Of a stretch of 32,076 nucleotides of DNA, positions 11,794 to 23,300 are shown piece by piece. The first letter of the stretch is position 1. Every line of letters begins with the position of its first letter. Made by a program: the position numbers and the translations under genes. Below the pieces are notes generated by a model. That model made no database searches and was not told the origin of the DNA. It saw only the letters and a program-made list of their open reading frames with translations. Origin of the DNA: Asterionella formosa (taxonomy: Eukaryota); NCBI GenBank assembly GCA_002256025.1, contig NKIB01000541.1:1-32076 (forward strand). Direction: 5' to 3'.

Positions 11794-12900
11794 TCAAGAT
11801 TTACCCTCGTCTTCATCTGACGACACCATATCTGGGGCTCCGAGCTCAGGATAGAATGCCTCGGGTTTGTCATGGAATGTGACTCGTCGACTCTTTCGCG
11901 GAGAGTCTGGAGAGACAAGTAGGATCGGCTCTAATTGTTCCAGCGGTGGCGAAACACATCGTTGCCTCTTTGAAACTGGTTCCGCAGATATTACATCGTC
12001 GAAGGAACGCTTCTTCAGAATGCCACCTTCGACACCACCAGTAAGAACGTTCATTCTCGTATTGATCTGAAAAATACTGTCCCTGCTTCGTAGGGGAACA
12101 ATATTCGGAATAGGGGCAGGTTCATCCACTTCCTTAACCATGGCGCTGAAACCAACTGACAAGCACTTCAGGACGAAAGCAGGTGCCCCGGGCCCCCCAA
12201 ACCGAATCAGAGACCCTCTTCTGACTCGATGTGGAATGACCATACCGCTGTTAGGTGTGCTTCGGACTCGAACACCATTAACGTAAGTCCCATGAGATGA
12301 TCCAGAATCGACAACGTAGCAAGAACCATTGGGATGATGGAAGATCAAGGCATGGCGCCGAGAAGATGTTTGGTGAAGCAGTTGAACATCTGAATTAGGA
12401 GATCGGCCGATACGCAAGAAAGGTCGGTTTGTCAGGTCCACTGTGGAATGAGAGCCAAGAGCTTCGCAAACAGGCTCAAGACGAGAGTCCCCACGTGCGG
12501 GAACAGCCCATAGGGGCGGCTCTAACAACGATGGTGTGGCTCGGCATTGCATGTTGTTAAATTGTGGGAGTCGTCCTGTGGGTGCAGAAAATTTATTAGT
12601 GCTGTCATTATTGTGTGGCGACCTATCGCTCCTGGCGACAGCGGCAGTTGGGCTGTTCTTGGAACGGCCTCGCTGCTGCGTTGAGTCTGTCTGTGTGTTA
12701 GAGTTGGGCACAGACAGACATGCCAAGCTGCCAGACGAGCACGTGAGAGAATTGAGTTCGCAAGCTGAAATATCAGACAATGTGTGATGTTTCCTTGGGC
12801 ACGGGGTTGAGCAGCCATCACGGACGATTGCACGTTGACCTTGAGGGATGGAGCCGCAAAGGCTTACATCGACAGTGACTTTGCCGATGGAGAGGGGCAT
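11794..12900 (-). CDS. FHA-domain protein (NIPP1/kanadaptin-like)
   Basis: IGRSPNSDVQLLHQTSSRRHA...VVDSGSSHGTYVNG...IRFGG; upstream PPLWA motif; C-terminal RRVTF, a PP1-binding RVxF-like motif. Confidence 0.92.
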   Translation of the reverse strand: MPLSIGKVTVDVSLCGSIPQGQRAIVRDGCSTPCPRKHHTLSDISACELNSLTCSSGSLACLSVPNSNTQTDSTQQRGRSKNSPTAAVARSDRSPHNNDSTNKFSAPTGRLPQFNNMQCRATPSLLEPPLWAVPARGDSRLEPVCEALGSHSTVDLTNRPFLRIGRSPNSDVQLLHQTSSRRHALIFHHPNGSCYVVDSGSSHGTYVNGVRVRSTPNSGMVIPHRVRRGSLIRFGGPGAPAFVLKCLSVGFSAMVKEVDEPAPIPNIVPLRSRDSIFQINTRMNVLTGGVEGGILKKRSFDDVISAEPVSKRQRCVSPPLEQLEPILLVSPDSPRKSRRVTFHDKPEAFYPELGAPDMVSSDEDEGKS

Positions 12901-13652
12901 ATTGAAATTGATTAGGTGCGACGATAGGTAGAGGAGACGTAAAACAGGAAAAAGCCTATATAGTCTGCTGTGTTTGACACGTCACAAGAGAACCTCCGAA
13001 GAAATTGTAAAGAGCTCGGAAAATGCACTCGGACGCTGGTCGGGACAAGCCCTTTAAACAGCGCTACAAGTGACAATTGATTTTCCTCGCCGTGGTTATA
13101 CTTCCATAATAAACGCCAGAACGATCCAGGGGGGGGGGAGGAGGATAGAGAGAGAGAGCGCTGTAGTAGAACGAGTCTGTTTGCAGGAGGAAAAGAAACA
13201 ACAGAAGTCTCGTTGTTTCCAACTACGGAATGCGTGTAAACAATTTATGGTCCCAGCGTGAAAAGCAGCAGGTTTTTACATGAATGCAACAGCACCTCTT
13301 CTGGCATGTAGAATTCTACCAGAAACTTTTTTATTGTAGAATTATTACTATTGGCTACGCATTCATTTTGGAATAGGAGTTATTGGTGACCATAACGTTT
13401 AATGTACACCTTGGCACTCGCTGGTGATAATATTAGTGTTGTCACACTACCTGGTACCAGCTGCCGGTACTGTCTGTCACATGATGGACAGTCGGCAAAT
13501 GAGGTGAGAGTGGTAAAGTGAATACTAGTTAGGAAGTAGTCGCGTCTAAGTAGTAAAAGTTAGGAAAATGCTTCAGACTGACTGGTCATGCCCACCTCCA
13601 TCTGGTCTGAGACAAAGGGGAGTGTAGGGGAAAAGAGTCTTGCATTGCCATT

Positions 13653-15095
13653 ATGTCGTCGACGACTGGAGACCTCTCTGTCCCCATCGGCCTTGCGGAC
13701 GCTGCTCCAATTTTCCCTCCTCGTCCAAATGCCTTTATCACATTGCTGACCACAGGCGACTTCCTTGCTGGGGCGCAAACGCTGCTCTACTCCATCAAGG
13801 TAAGTCTTGTTTCTCCTCCGACCTTGAGTCGTCTTTGTTGAATGTTAATTTGAGCTACCGGTAGAGGGGATTGGACCTGCCGGTGCAGGTACAAGGGTTC
13901 GTTGCAGTCGCGCGAAGGTTGCATTTTCTGTGCCGCGTTGACAAGAACACGATTGCTTGGCAATGCGAACTTTGCTCGTGCCGCATTGCTGTCCCTCCTC
14001 ATTTGTGCACCCTCCACGCGGTTCCAGCAGAAAGCCCTGCCCAAGAATACAACTGATGGCTACCCGCCCGAGATAGTTGTTCTTGTAACACCGAACATTT
14101 CCAAAGAAATCAAAGCAGCCCTTCATCCTGAATTGTTTACTCGGATCCTTGAGGTGGATCCTATCTCGTTTCCGGAAGATTCGATTCAAGCCAAGCAGGT
14201 AGTCACCAGCCACGTCGAATCTTGGGGAAGCCAAGGAACTCTTACCAAGCTGCACATCTTTAGACTTGAACAGTACAGTACACTGGTTTATATTGACGCA
14301 GATTGTCTAGTCCTCAAGGACGTGAGCCATTTGCTCGACCTCGGCAAAGCCACTGCGAAGGACGCCCTTTTAGGTGCAGCTTCTGATATATTCCCTCCCG
14401 ACAAATTCAATGCTGGCGTTCTCGTTCTTCGGCCGTCCAAGGCCATCTTTGAAGACATGATGGCACAGTCGCTACTTCTAACAACTTATGATGGCGGTGA
14501 TACAGGCTTTCTCAATGCTTTCTTTTCTGACTGGTTCACAAATATGCCACAAACCGCGAGGCTCAAGTTTGGGTACAACGCACAGCGATTTCTACATCAT
14601 TGCACTTATGACAAGCAACCCAACTACTGGGACCTCGGTGTGTGTCCTGATCTTCACATACTGCACTTCAGCTCATCACCGAAGCCATGGGACATTAAGC
14701 CACCAATTTTGACGTCCTCAAGTGCTCAAGGACATCTTGACGAAGCAGACGTTCAAGCCGTGGAGAAAGTATCCAAAACTTCAGAACTTGAACAGCTGTG
14801 GTGGAAATGGTATCAACAAAGTCAGAACTATGTTGGTAAACTTAAGAAGAAACGCCTCGAAGTCGATAAGCCCACCGCTAGGTCATGCGCTAGAGGTCGA
14901 GAGATTCCGGTCAAGTCTAAGAAGGCTCCAACTGAATCGCACAAGCTAGTGGCCTCACGCTACAGAGAGCTTCGAAAAGAAGGTTTGGACGCCAAAAAGG
15001 CGATGGAGCAGGCACAATTGGAATGTGGTCAGGATGATGCGAATAACCCAAGTGCAAGTTCCCAAATAGCTGCGATGTTTGGTATTACATCTTAG
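13653..15095 (+). CDS. Glycosyltransferase family 8 (glycogenin/PGSIP-like); exons 13653-13799 and 14028 (or 14031)-15095
   Basis: AFITLLT..DFLAGA in exon 1; TKLHIF, YIDAD (DxD), FNAGVLV, TYDGGDTGFLN, YNAQ and LHFSSSPKPW in exon 2. Donor AAG|GTAAGT at 13800; CAGCAG acceptor at 14025-14030. Confidence 0.92.
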
Positions 15096-15153
15096 TAATT
15101 AAAGTATATTGAAAGCGCCCCGTGTTGAGCTTGAATTAGATGATCTTATGGCG

Positions 15154-16062
15154 CTAGTTTAAAAATAACCCGATTCTTTCAGCGACGACTCGGCTCCATG
15201 CCACATCCCTTGGTGTAAAACTTTTGGCAGTGTCCAACCCGAGCACAAGAACCGTGACAGGATCGCCCTTTACAGGCAACAGCAATGCCCCTTGCGTATT
15301 CACTGGAAGGTAGGTAAACTCACTTTTACCCGGGAGAGCTTGGAGAGTTGGTAGGTAACTCTCTTTTGATTGATCCTTACGAAACCTGTCCAGAATAGGG
15401 ACCGATGTTAGACTCAACCGTCGTCTGAGGGATTCATCTCTTGGTACAATGCCAGCGCAAGCCAAGATTTTCCAAACACCGTCATCGTCCACGACGAGAA
15501 TCACCACGCTTTTGGCAGGAGTTGCTTTTAACAAAGATTCCAAACTCCATCGAAGATCTTTGGCACTCAAGACATTAGAATTTATCTCAGCGTCATCCTG
15601 CAGCTGCAGACCATCCAACTGTACCGACTCGGCTAGTGCGGATGTAACATCTAGCTTGCTGATACCATTGAGCAGTACAGCCAAACTTGCAAATGTCGCA
15701 AGTAAGTCAGATCGCGTTTCTTGACCCATCGTATCTGAAACCAGCTCATCCATTGCACCAAGTCGATGACCTACGACAATTGCCAACCCAATAACTCCCA
15801 AAATGATTGACCCAATGTCTGAAACAAGGAGGGAAAGCGCATAATCTAGAGCATTCGTCGCCCCACCCGATTCATCAATTCCTCTAAATCGAGCAGTGCC
15901 ACCTTTTTTCTCAGCGAAGCATCGTGTTTGGGGCCTCCTAGATTGATAGAATCGATTCGAAATACTTGTTAAGTGAGGCCTTGGCGAATTTGACGCTATT
16001 GAGAATGACCTGGTACTGTCGAAAAGGCAAAAAAGGACCGAGATTAGAGTCAATAATTTCAT
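15154..16062 (-). CDS. CCB4: Cofactor assembly of complex C subunit B (CCB4/CCB2 family), plastid-targeted cytochrome b6 haem ci attachment factor
   Basis: RSDLLA, YLPTLQALPGKSEFTYLPVNTQG and VLGLDTAKSFTPRDVAW match CCB4. Signal peptide followed by TRS-F (ASAFAP-like) and a Ser/Arg-rich transit peptide. Confidence 0.85.
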   Translation of the reverse strand: MKLLTLISVLFCLFDSTRSFSIASNSPRPHLTSISNRFYQSRRPQTRCFAEKKGGTARFRGIDESGGATNALDYALSLLVSDIGSIILGVIGLAIVVGHRLGAMDELVSDTMGQETRSDLLATFASLAVLLNGISKLDVTSALAESVQLDGLQLQDDAEINSNVLSAKDLRWSLESLLKATPAKSVVILVVDDDGVWKILACAGIVPRDESLRRRLSLTSVPILDRFRKDQSKESYLPTLQALPGKSEFTYLPVNTQGALLLPVKGDPVTVLVLGLDTAKSFTPRDVAWSRVVAERIGLFLN

Positions 16063-16111
16063 TATTCTTAACTTCTCCTCGTTCTATGAAATAGAGAGAA
16101 GAGGAGAGGAG

Positions 16112-17038
16112 GCATCGGAGGCATCGCACACGCAGTGCGGAAAGCCGAGTTCAGCAAAAATCGAAACACTCCTCTGGCATCAGAAACGGTCCGCGATACC
16201 ATCGCATCTCTTTCGGCGACCTTTGTGGACAACGACAGACCGGACCCCTCTACCAACGTGCACGGAAAAACTCACTGCATTCTATGCCTACAATTCTCCG
16301 CATATCGACACACTGACCCCGGCCGTCAAATACCAAAGAGTGCTAACAATTGAGTTTATTTTTAAACTTTACTTTTAATCGTAATACGCCTGTTGATGAC
16401 TGTCTGGATCAGCTAGTCATCCTCGCGTTTTTCTTCGCGATGCACTGTTGCAAGTACCTTACCATCACTGGAGAGCGTTGCACCAAACTTCTTCGGGTGC
16501 AGGATATTCGATTCTTCCAAGACAGAGTCGACATCACGGCACAGTGCGATACCAACAACCATCTTGCCAACATCATTTGCATCATGTTTTGGGACCAGAA
16601 GAATGGCGAAAAAGACAAGGCAATTACATTGAGCCGCACGACCGACCCCATCATCATGTGCCCAGTACGTCAAGGTGCAGGCATCGTCAATAGGATCCTC
16701 ACCATTCCAAGTCAGACAGAAATGGCCACAATCAATACCTATGTGTCCGGGTCCTGCATGTACAGGCTAAAATCAGACACAGCAATCACACGGGTGCAAC
16801 AACTGGTGAAAGACATCGGCCGGGATCAGCTTGGACATAAGACAACAGCCTACATCATTCAATCCGCAGTGCTGCAGCGATGGCCATGATCCTCTCTTGA
16901 TTACCTAAGTACATGGTCGTGCTCATAGGACAATGGAAATCTGATGCCTTCCTAATTTACATTCGCAAACAGGTGTCGGAATTCACGAAGTCTGTCAGCC
17001 AGAAGATGATCACAACTACAACATTCTTCCATTATTAG
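16112..17038 (+). pseudogene. 5'-truncated, frameshifted tyrosine recombinase of DIRS/Ngaro-like (or Crypton-like) element
   Basis: Across frames: TVRDTIASLSATF..RPDP, AFFFAMHCCKY (consensus AMRSCEY), DQKNG, CPVR, HSIRSAAAMAM (HxxR, ~16856) and IGQWKSDAFLIYIRKQV (catalytic Tyr). Several frameshifts and a stop. No RT/RNaseH is visible upstream. Confidence 0.85.
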
Positions 17039-17285
17039 ATAGCTTTAACATACTATACGATTTGATTGATAATTTATTCTTCCACCCACCCCCCAGACAA
17101 CACACCAGCATTCACATCTCGATCGACAATGGCAGGGCGAGAAGCGCATGCCACAGCTCATATAGCATAGAAATTTCGTCGTGACTCGAAAGTGGATCAG
17201 CTAAGCGCAACTCGACTGCCGCAGAACCCGAAAGAAGGACACGGACCGAATCCGGAGTTTGGGAATGGGACGCACACATTACTTA

Positions 17286-19960
17286 CAGCATCTCCACCGC
17301 ATCGACCAAATACCAAAGCCAATTGCAGTTGAAAATATCAATACACGTCACTGGTCGAGAATTTTTTATCAATAGTCGAATTTTTCATGTTTTTTCCCAC
17401 TGCATCGACCAAATCCTAGAATAGTCAAATCTCGCGCCGAAACTTTTAGCGAATAGAAATAGCACTAGAATGTTGTTAAATGTGTATCGTTATATTGGTA
17501 AACCCGATTACCGGTACTACCAATAAGAAAATGATGGGACTGTGTGGTTGTATGGGCGGTACCAGGGTACTCATACATATCTGCCTGATGAAATGAGCAA
17601 CGATAGTGACTCATCAGATGACGACCACTCCTACACTTCCGTACATAGCGGTTATACATATACAGGAAGAAAACGAGAAAAGGCAACCAAAGGAGGAGGT
17701 GGAGGATCAAAGGAAGTTGCTTGGCTAGTCTGTACCTGTAGTTTTTTGAATATTAGTAGCATCACATTTCCTGTAAATTCCTTATTCTTACGCAGCTAGT
17801 ACTACGCCTATTTAAACTGCCCATCAAAAACTAATATGACTATCCATTTGTATATTGGTATTCTAGAACAGAGAAACCCTTCCGTTTTTCTAATTAGCTA
17901 CTAGAGTGATAGCTTTCTAATCAATCATACTAGCATCGCATCAATCATACTAGCATCGACATGTAATCTATATATATTAATCATTTTTATAGCGCATTCT
18001 TACTATTCTATTTCTAGAGTTGCTGTCATTGCGCTCCATGGCCCATATAAGGTGGGGCAGTGGAAAGGGTTGTGTGGAAGTAGTTAAAAAAAATTGTGGC
18101 AGCTTCATTCTTGGTTCTCTTCTCTGTGACTGCATTTTTTGTGTCAGCCAGAGAATAGGATGGTGAGTGTGGATTAGGTTAAAGATTTTCCGTTTGGCCC
18201 CAATTCTGGTGATTCAATTTGAAGTCTCCATAACTATTGGTGATTCCAGGAGGGCTTCCAACTCATTGTTTTTTTGTCGTTGTCTTCATTATCACAAAAT
18301 TATTGCTTTGAGCAACCCATCCAGCTCAGGCGCAATTTCTTCATCAGTGACTTCTTCATTTCTCTGTCTTCTTCTTTACTCTTGTTGATGTCTGGCATAT
18401 CGCAATTCTTGTATTCTTCTGCTTCTTGCACTATAATAGCGCTCAGGGTAGCTAGTGAAAGAGTTATTAAGGTTCTTCATTTCTTTTCTCTTGTTAATGT
18501 CTTTACCTGGTTCTTCTTCTGTTTGCATTGCGTTAATTCCATTGCTGTGAATCCCCCAATTGTGTGTAGTATTTGTGGAAAACGCCAAATCAACATCCAT
18601 GCAATTGCTGGTTTTCACTGCTCCTGCATTAATCTTTGTTTGCTTTTCCATCTCCTCCTCTTTCTGCATTCTCTTTCTGTCGGATTTCATTACCATCTTA
18701 TGGTGCTGTCCCACTTGTATGAGTTGTTCTTTCTTTGCCTGGTTGGCCGCTGGTATAGCGCCTTTCGTCATGATGAATCGGTCGTTTTGAGGATTTATTA
18801 ACTATCGGGACCCGGAGGTCCCTGTAGCTTATGTACCACTAGATTCTGTGATCAGCGCTGTAGTACAGTAGTAGTCTTTCTTAAACTCGCCTTTATACTT
18901 GGCAAAAAAGTGTGACAACGACATGTTATCTATATTATTTTTCTTCATTTGGAATCATCTATTACATCAAAATCATCAGTGGTGGATGACAGGTGGGACA
19001 GTGGAGTACTCAAAGCACTTGAATTATTGAGATGCAATTGGATCACACCTAATCCCTCCTTCACTTTGTTCCTTAAACGACATTGCCTTTATTGGCGTGA
19101 AGCCCTTCGTTAAATGGCGCAACTCTCTTGGATACTTTTTTTAATCCTTCAGCTGATTAATCGATCATCGAAACTGTAAACTGTTACACAATATACCCAT
19201 GGCATAACTTCACATAATGCTGAGCAAACTTGAGCGTAATGTTGATCTGCAGGCAAGGGAAGGAGATATTAATACTAGCCAGGGACATGCAGCAGTCTGC
19301 CAATGATGATACATCATGGTACACGAGGAACAATGCTGCCTTGACAAAACTCGCACATCGCTATCGATTGTCACTCTTGACAGCAGCGCCAAAATATTCC
19401 AACTTTGGTCTTGTCTGAAATCGACGATGAATCATCCTCGTTGGCTACTGCTCCTGCTTCTGCTCCTACTCATGTAGCATCCTGCATTGACGCCAATGGA
19501 TGACGATATCATCTTATTGGGACCGTCAAAGACTTGAAGGACAACATTCAGCAAGATGTCATATTTTATGCATGAGATAGTTTTATTGATAGCTGCCGGT
19601 ATTATTCAAAGGTATTTGTACTTAAGTTTATTATTTTTCTTTATCAAGAGAGTAAAGTAAATGTGTATTGTAAGCCTTTGTGTATCAATTAAACAGTCGA
19701 CGTTATGTTGCCGGCGCAAGCCATAATCTAGACCAATAGAAATGCTTCCTTTGTTTGGCTATGGTCGGAGTCTAATCGACCAAATACCTGATATTTGGTC
19801 GATAAGGGGGTCATTCTCAATCAAGACCAAAGCATATTTGGTCTTGGTCGATGCGGTGGCTAAAATATTTTTGCTTTTTCGACCAAGACAACACATCATG
19901 ACGTGTAATGACTCCCAACTCCAATTGGCTTGGTATTTGGTCGATGCGGTGGAGATGCTC
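17286..19960 (+). mobile_element. Non-autonomous PIF/Harbinger element with unrelated internal sequence
   Basis: TIRs CAGCATCTCCACCGCATCGACCAAATACCAA / TTGGTATTTGGTCGATGCGGTGGAGATGCTC; TTA TSD at 17283-17285 and 19961-19963. Ends are homologous to 20133-23050. Only the transposase N-terminus (MSNDSDSSDDD, 17593) remains. Confidence 0.92.
17920..17959 (+). repeat. 20-bp tandem duplication ATCAATCATACTAGCATCG(C/A)
   Basis: Directly visible, two copies. Confidence 0.9.
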
Positions 19961-20513
19961 TTAGCAACGAACTCAAAAGCCATTTACGATATTTAGCTTT
20001 AATGTTTGGCGCGCTATTCTAGTATACTACGGTTCGTATTAGCGCTATTCCTAAAGAATTCTTATGACCCTACTCGGTCTAAAGATGAGAAAGACAAAAC
20101 GGACGAAACAGTAATTGTGTCGAAGTTACTTAGAGCATCGCCACCGCATCGACCAAATACCAAAGCCAATTGCAATTGAAAATATCAATACACGTCACTT
20201 GGTCGAGAAATTTTTTATCAATAGTCGAAATTTTCTTTTTTTTCCCCACCGCATCGACCAAATCCTATATTAGTTAAATCTTGCGCCCAAATTCTTAGCC
20301 AATAGAAATAAAGGTAGACTGTAGTTTCGTGGGTATCGATTTTAATTCATGAAGTATTCGCATACATACCTTATTCTTAAACAGCTAGCAATACTCCTAT
20401 CTGGTACTGCCCATCAAAACATATTACAACTATGTACTTGAATATTGTTCGTAGAGAATTGTGGCTTCTTTATTATTACCAATAATTATGACTTTTGTTT
20501 CGACACAGCGAAA

Positions 20514-21773
20514 ATGAGCAATGATAGCGACTCGTCAGATGACGATCGCTTCTTCCACTTCCGCAAAATGCGGAAGCAAAGCGAGAAGGCCAAGCAAGAA
20601 AGAAACAAGGGAGGAGGATCAAAGATGGGAAAGGCATCCAATCTCAATCGTTTTCGGACAGACTATGACAAGCTTTTGAAAAAGGATTATTTCGGTGAAA
20701 ATCCAATTTACTCGTCAGCAATGTTCAGGTGGCGCTTCCGGATGAGACGTTCCTTGTTTGAGAAGATTCTTGATGATTTGGTTGCTTCAGATTCTTACTT
20801 TTCTCAGAAGAAGGATGCCTTGGGTTTACTGGGATTTTCGCCACACCAAAAACTTACCTCGGCGCTCGCATGTTAGCCTATGGAACATCAGCTGATCAGT
20901 TGGATGATTTAACAAGGATGTCAGAGTCAACAACACTCAACAATTTGCAACACTTCTGTAACGCAATAATCAACAGCTATGGGAAAGAGTATCTTAGAGC
21001 TCCAACCAAAGAGGACCTTGAGATGATTTTACGTTTGCATGAAGGAAAGGGTTGGCCAGGGCTTCTTGGTTCATTGGATGTCATGCATTGGGAGTGGAAA
21101 ATCTGTCCCAAAGCACACAGAGGAGCATATCAAGGAAAAGAAGGAGTGGCAACAATTGTTTTGGAAGCTGTGGATGATTGTAGACTTTGGTTCTGGCATG
21201 CATGGTTTGGAATGCCTGGGGCAAACAATGATCTTAATATTTGGATCGTTCACCGTTTTTCCATGATTTGTCAGCTGGAAGGACTCCAAAAGTACAGTTT
21301 GCCATCAACAACTAACAACACAATCTGGGGTATTATTTGGTTGACGGAATCTACCCAAATTGGCATATATTTGTCAAGACAATTTCAGAGCCACAAGGTC
21401 CAAAACAAAGTTAATTCTTGATTCGTCAGGAGGCGCAAGGATGTCGAGCAAGCATTTGGAGTTCTACAGGCCAGGTGGAGAATCCTTGCACTTCCATGTA
21501 AAGTTTGGTCAGTGGATGCTATGAACAGTGTAATTATTGCATGCATCATTTTGCACAACATGATCATAGAGGATGAATGGGAAACTGAAAATACAAATGA
21601 ATATCTATTTGACAATATTCAGGATGGATATTTGGTTGACAACGTGGATCATGACAATGTACACATTTCTTGATTTCAAGAATATTAGAATGAACTACAT
21701 GAGTGAAGGTGAGCACTATCAATTGCGTAACAATTTGATTGAGCACTTGTGGATTCAAAACGAGAACAAATAG
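20514..21773 (+). pseudogene. PIF/Pong DDE transposase pseudogene
   Basis: DYF..FRWRFRM, QKL..AL/MLAYG, GLLGSLDVMHWEWKICP, TIVLEAV, FGMPGANNDLN, YYLVDGIYP, RKDVEQAFGVLQARW, CIILHNMIIEDE, LRNNLIEHLW. Frameshifts near 20866, 21241 and 21433, plus in-frame stops. Confidence 0.95.
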
Positions 21774-21893
21774 TAGATAATTACTTGATTCTAGATTTAT
21801 TTTTTTAAGTCTGTAAAGTACAAATTCTAGATTGGCAATAATGAAAGGATTAGTGTAATGTAATGTCACTACAATCAAACTAGTTTAATACTC

Positions 21894-22647
21894 TTATGGT
21901 CCAGTCTCTAGAATCAAAACCTCATCATCAGCAGATGATGAACAAGAAGTTGAAATATCTATTTCAACTGAACTGCCTGACTCCAAAGAACCGGTCTTGG
22001 TTTTTTTGCGTGATGGTTTTGAACTATCCTCCATCTCCTCCATAGCTTCTTGAGCCTTCATAGCAAACCACCTTTTAGCTTCCTCTGAATTAATATTAAG
22101 AGAGAAAATCTTAAACAAAAATTCATCACATTGCGTCTTCACCTTTCTTTCCAACATCTGCACGTGTTTTTGTTCAATGACAACAAGCTGAGCGTTTGCG
22201 AGCAGCTTACTATCTTTTGCTGCTTTCATCCCCATGGGACGCACATCTAGTAACTCAGGACTCTTCATCCTTCAAAATTCGCCAACACCCTTCGAACAGG
22301 AATTCTCTACCCAGTTTCCTTCCTTTTCCCTCTAATTTAAATAGTTCCCTGGCTTCTTCAAGGTAGTTGTCGTCTGTCCATCCTGACTTAGCAATGGACG
22401 TAACCTGTGAATAGAGGCCGCAAAACTTTGTCACATCTTGATTGATTGTTCCCCATCGAGCAGTGCACGCTGTTGAGGTGCGATCCTTCCCATCTGGGAT
22501 AGGCTCAACATAAATCTCAAATACCCTGCTGCTCCAAAACTTGCTTGCTTTCTGACCAGTCCCAGTGATTGCATCTTCACTTGCAGCTACCCAGGCCCGA
22601 GAGAGTGCTTTGTCCTCTTCCTTCTCCCACGTGACACTGGAACCCAT
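21894..22647 (-). pseudogene. Myb/SANT-like (NAM-associated type) partner protein of the PIF element
   Basis: WEKEEDKALSRAW...GTGQKASKFW...RWGTINQDVTKFCG...SGW...FLFEGCWRILKD, then RPMGMKAAK after a frameshift near 22260. Confidence 0.9.
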
Positions 22648-23300
22648 CCTGACAATGATGATTGTTGTTTTATGGTGTCGACTCAATATGATGTATACAC
22701 CACACCAAGATCACATTGGCCTATAGAGTTCTACATGAAGAGACTATAGTGAATGTACTGTAATTATGTATGCACTCATTGAACTATAAATGTTAGGTTG
22801 CCAGCGCGAGCCACAATCTAAACCAATAGAAATGCTCCTTTTATTTGGCTACGGTCGGAGTCTAATCGACCAAATACCTGATATTTGGTCAATAAGGGGG
22901 TCATCCTTAATCAAGACCAAAGCATATTTGGTCTTGGTCGATGCGGTGGCTAAAATATATTTGCTTTTTCGACCAACACAAGGCATCATGACGTGTAATG
23001 ACCCGCAACTTCAATGGGCTTGGTATTTGGTGGATGCGGTGGCGATGCTCTTACTTCGGTAAGATATAAACTACACGTACAAATATCATACCGGTAGTTC
23101 CTTTTGTGAACATTTTGATGATCCGACAAAATAGAAGCCATCATCATCAACACATCATGTCCCTCACAATGAAGACCCTAGTTTATAAGAAGTAAATAAT
23201 GATGCAAGTCCTCATTGAACTTCTCAGTACTTATCAAAATCTTTGAATCTTACAAGCCCCGCATTCATCAACCGCGTCGTTTTGCCCGTTATTTATAAAG

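Larger units (their letters stand above)
20133..23050 (+). mobile_element. PIF/Harbinger (Pong-like) DNA transposon, full two-gene structure, decayed
   Basis: ~39-bp imperfect TIRs starting GAGCATCGCCACCGCATC; TTA TSD at 20130-20132 and 23051-23053; convergent transposase and Myb-like genes. Confidence 0.95.

Noticed and set aside
19742..19996. Paralogous small ORFs (with 22790-23062)
   Set aside because: They are translations of the shared right ends of the Harbinger elements.
20078..20125. Hammerhead-like GATGAG...GGACGAAACA...TGTC
   Set aside because: No CUGANGA box and stem II cannot form.
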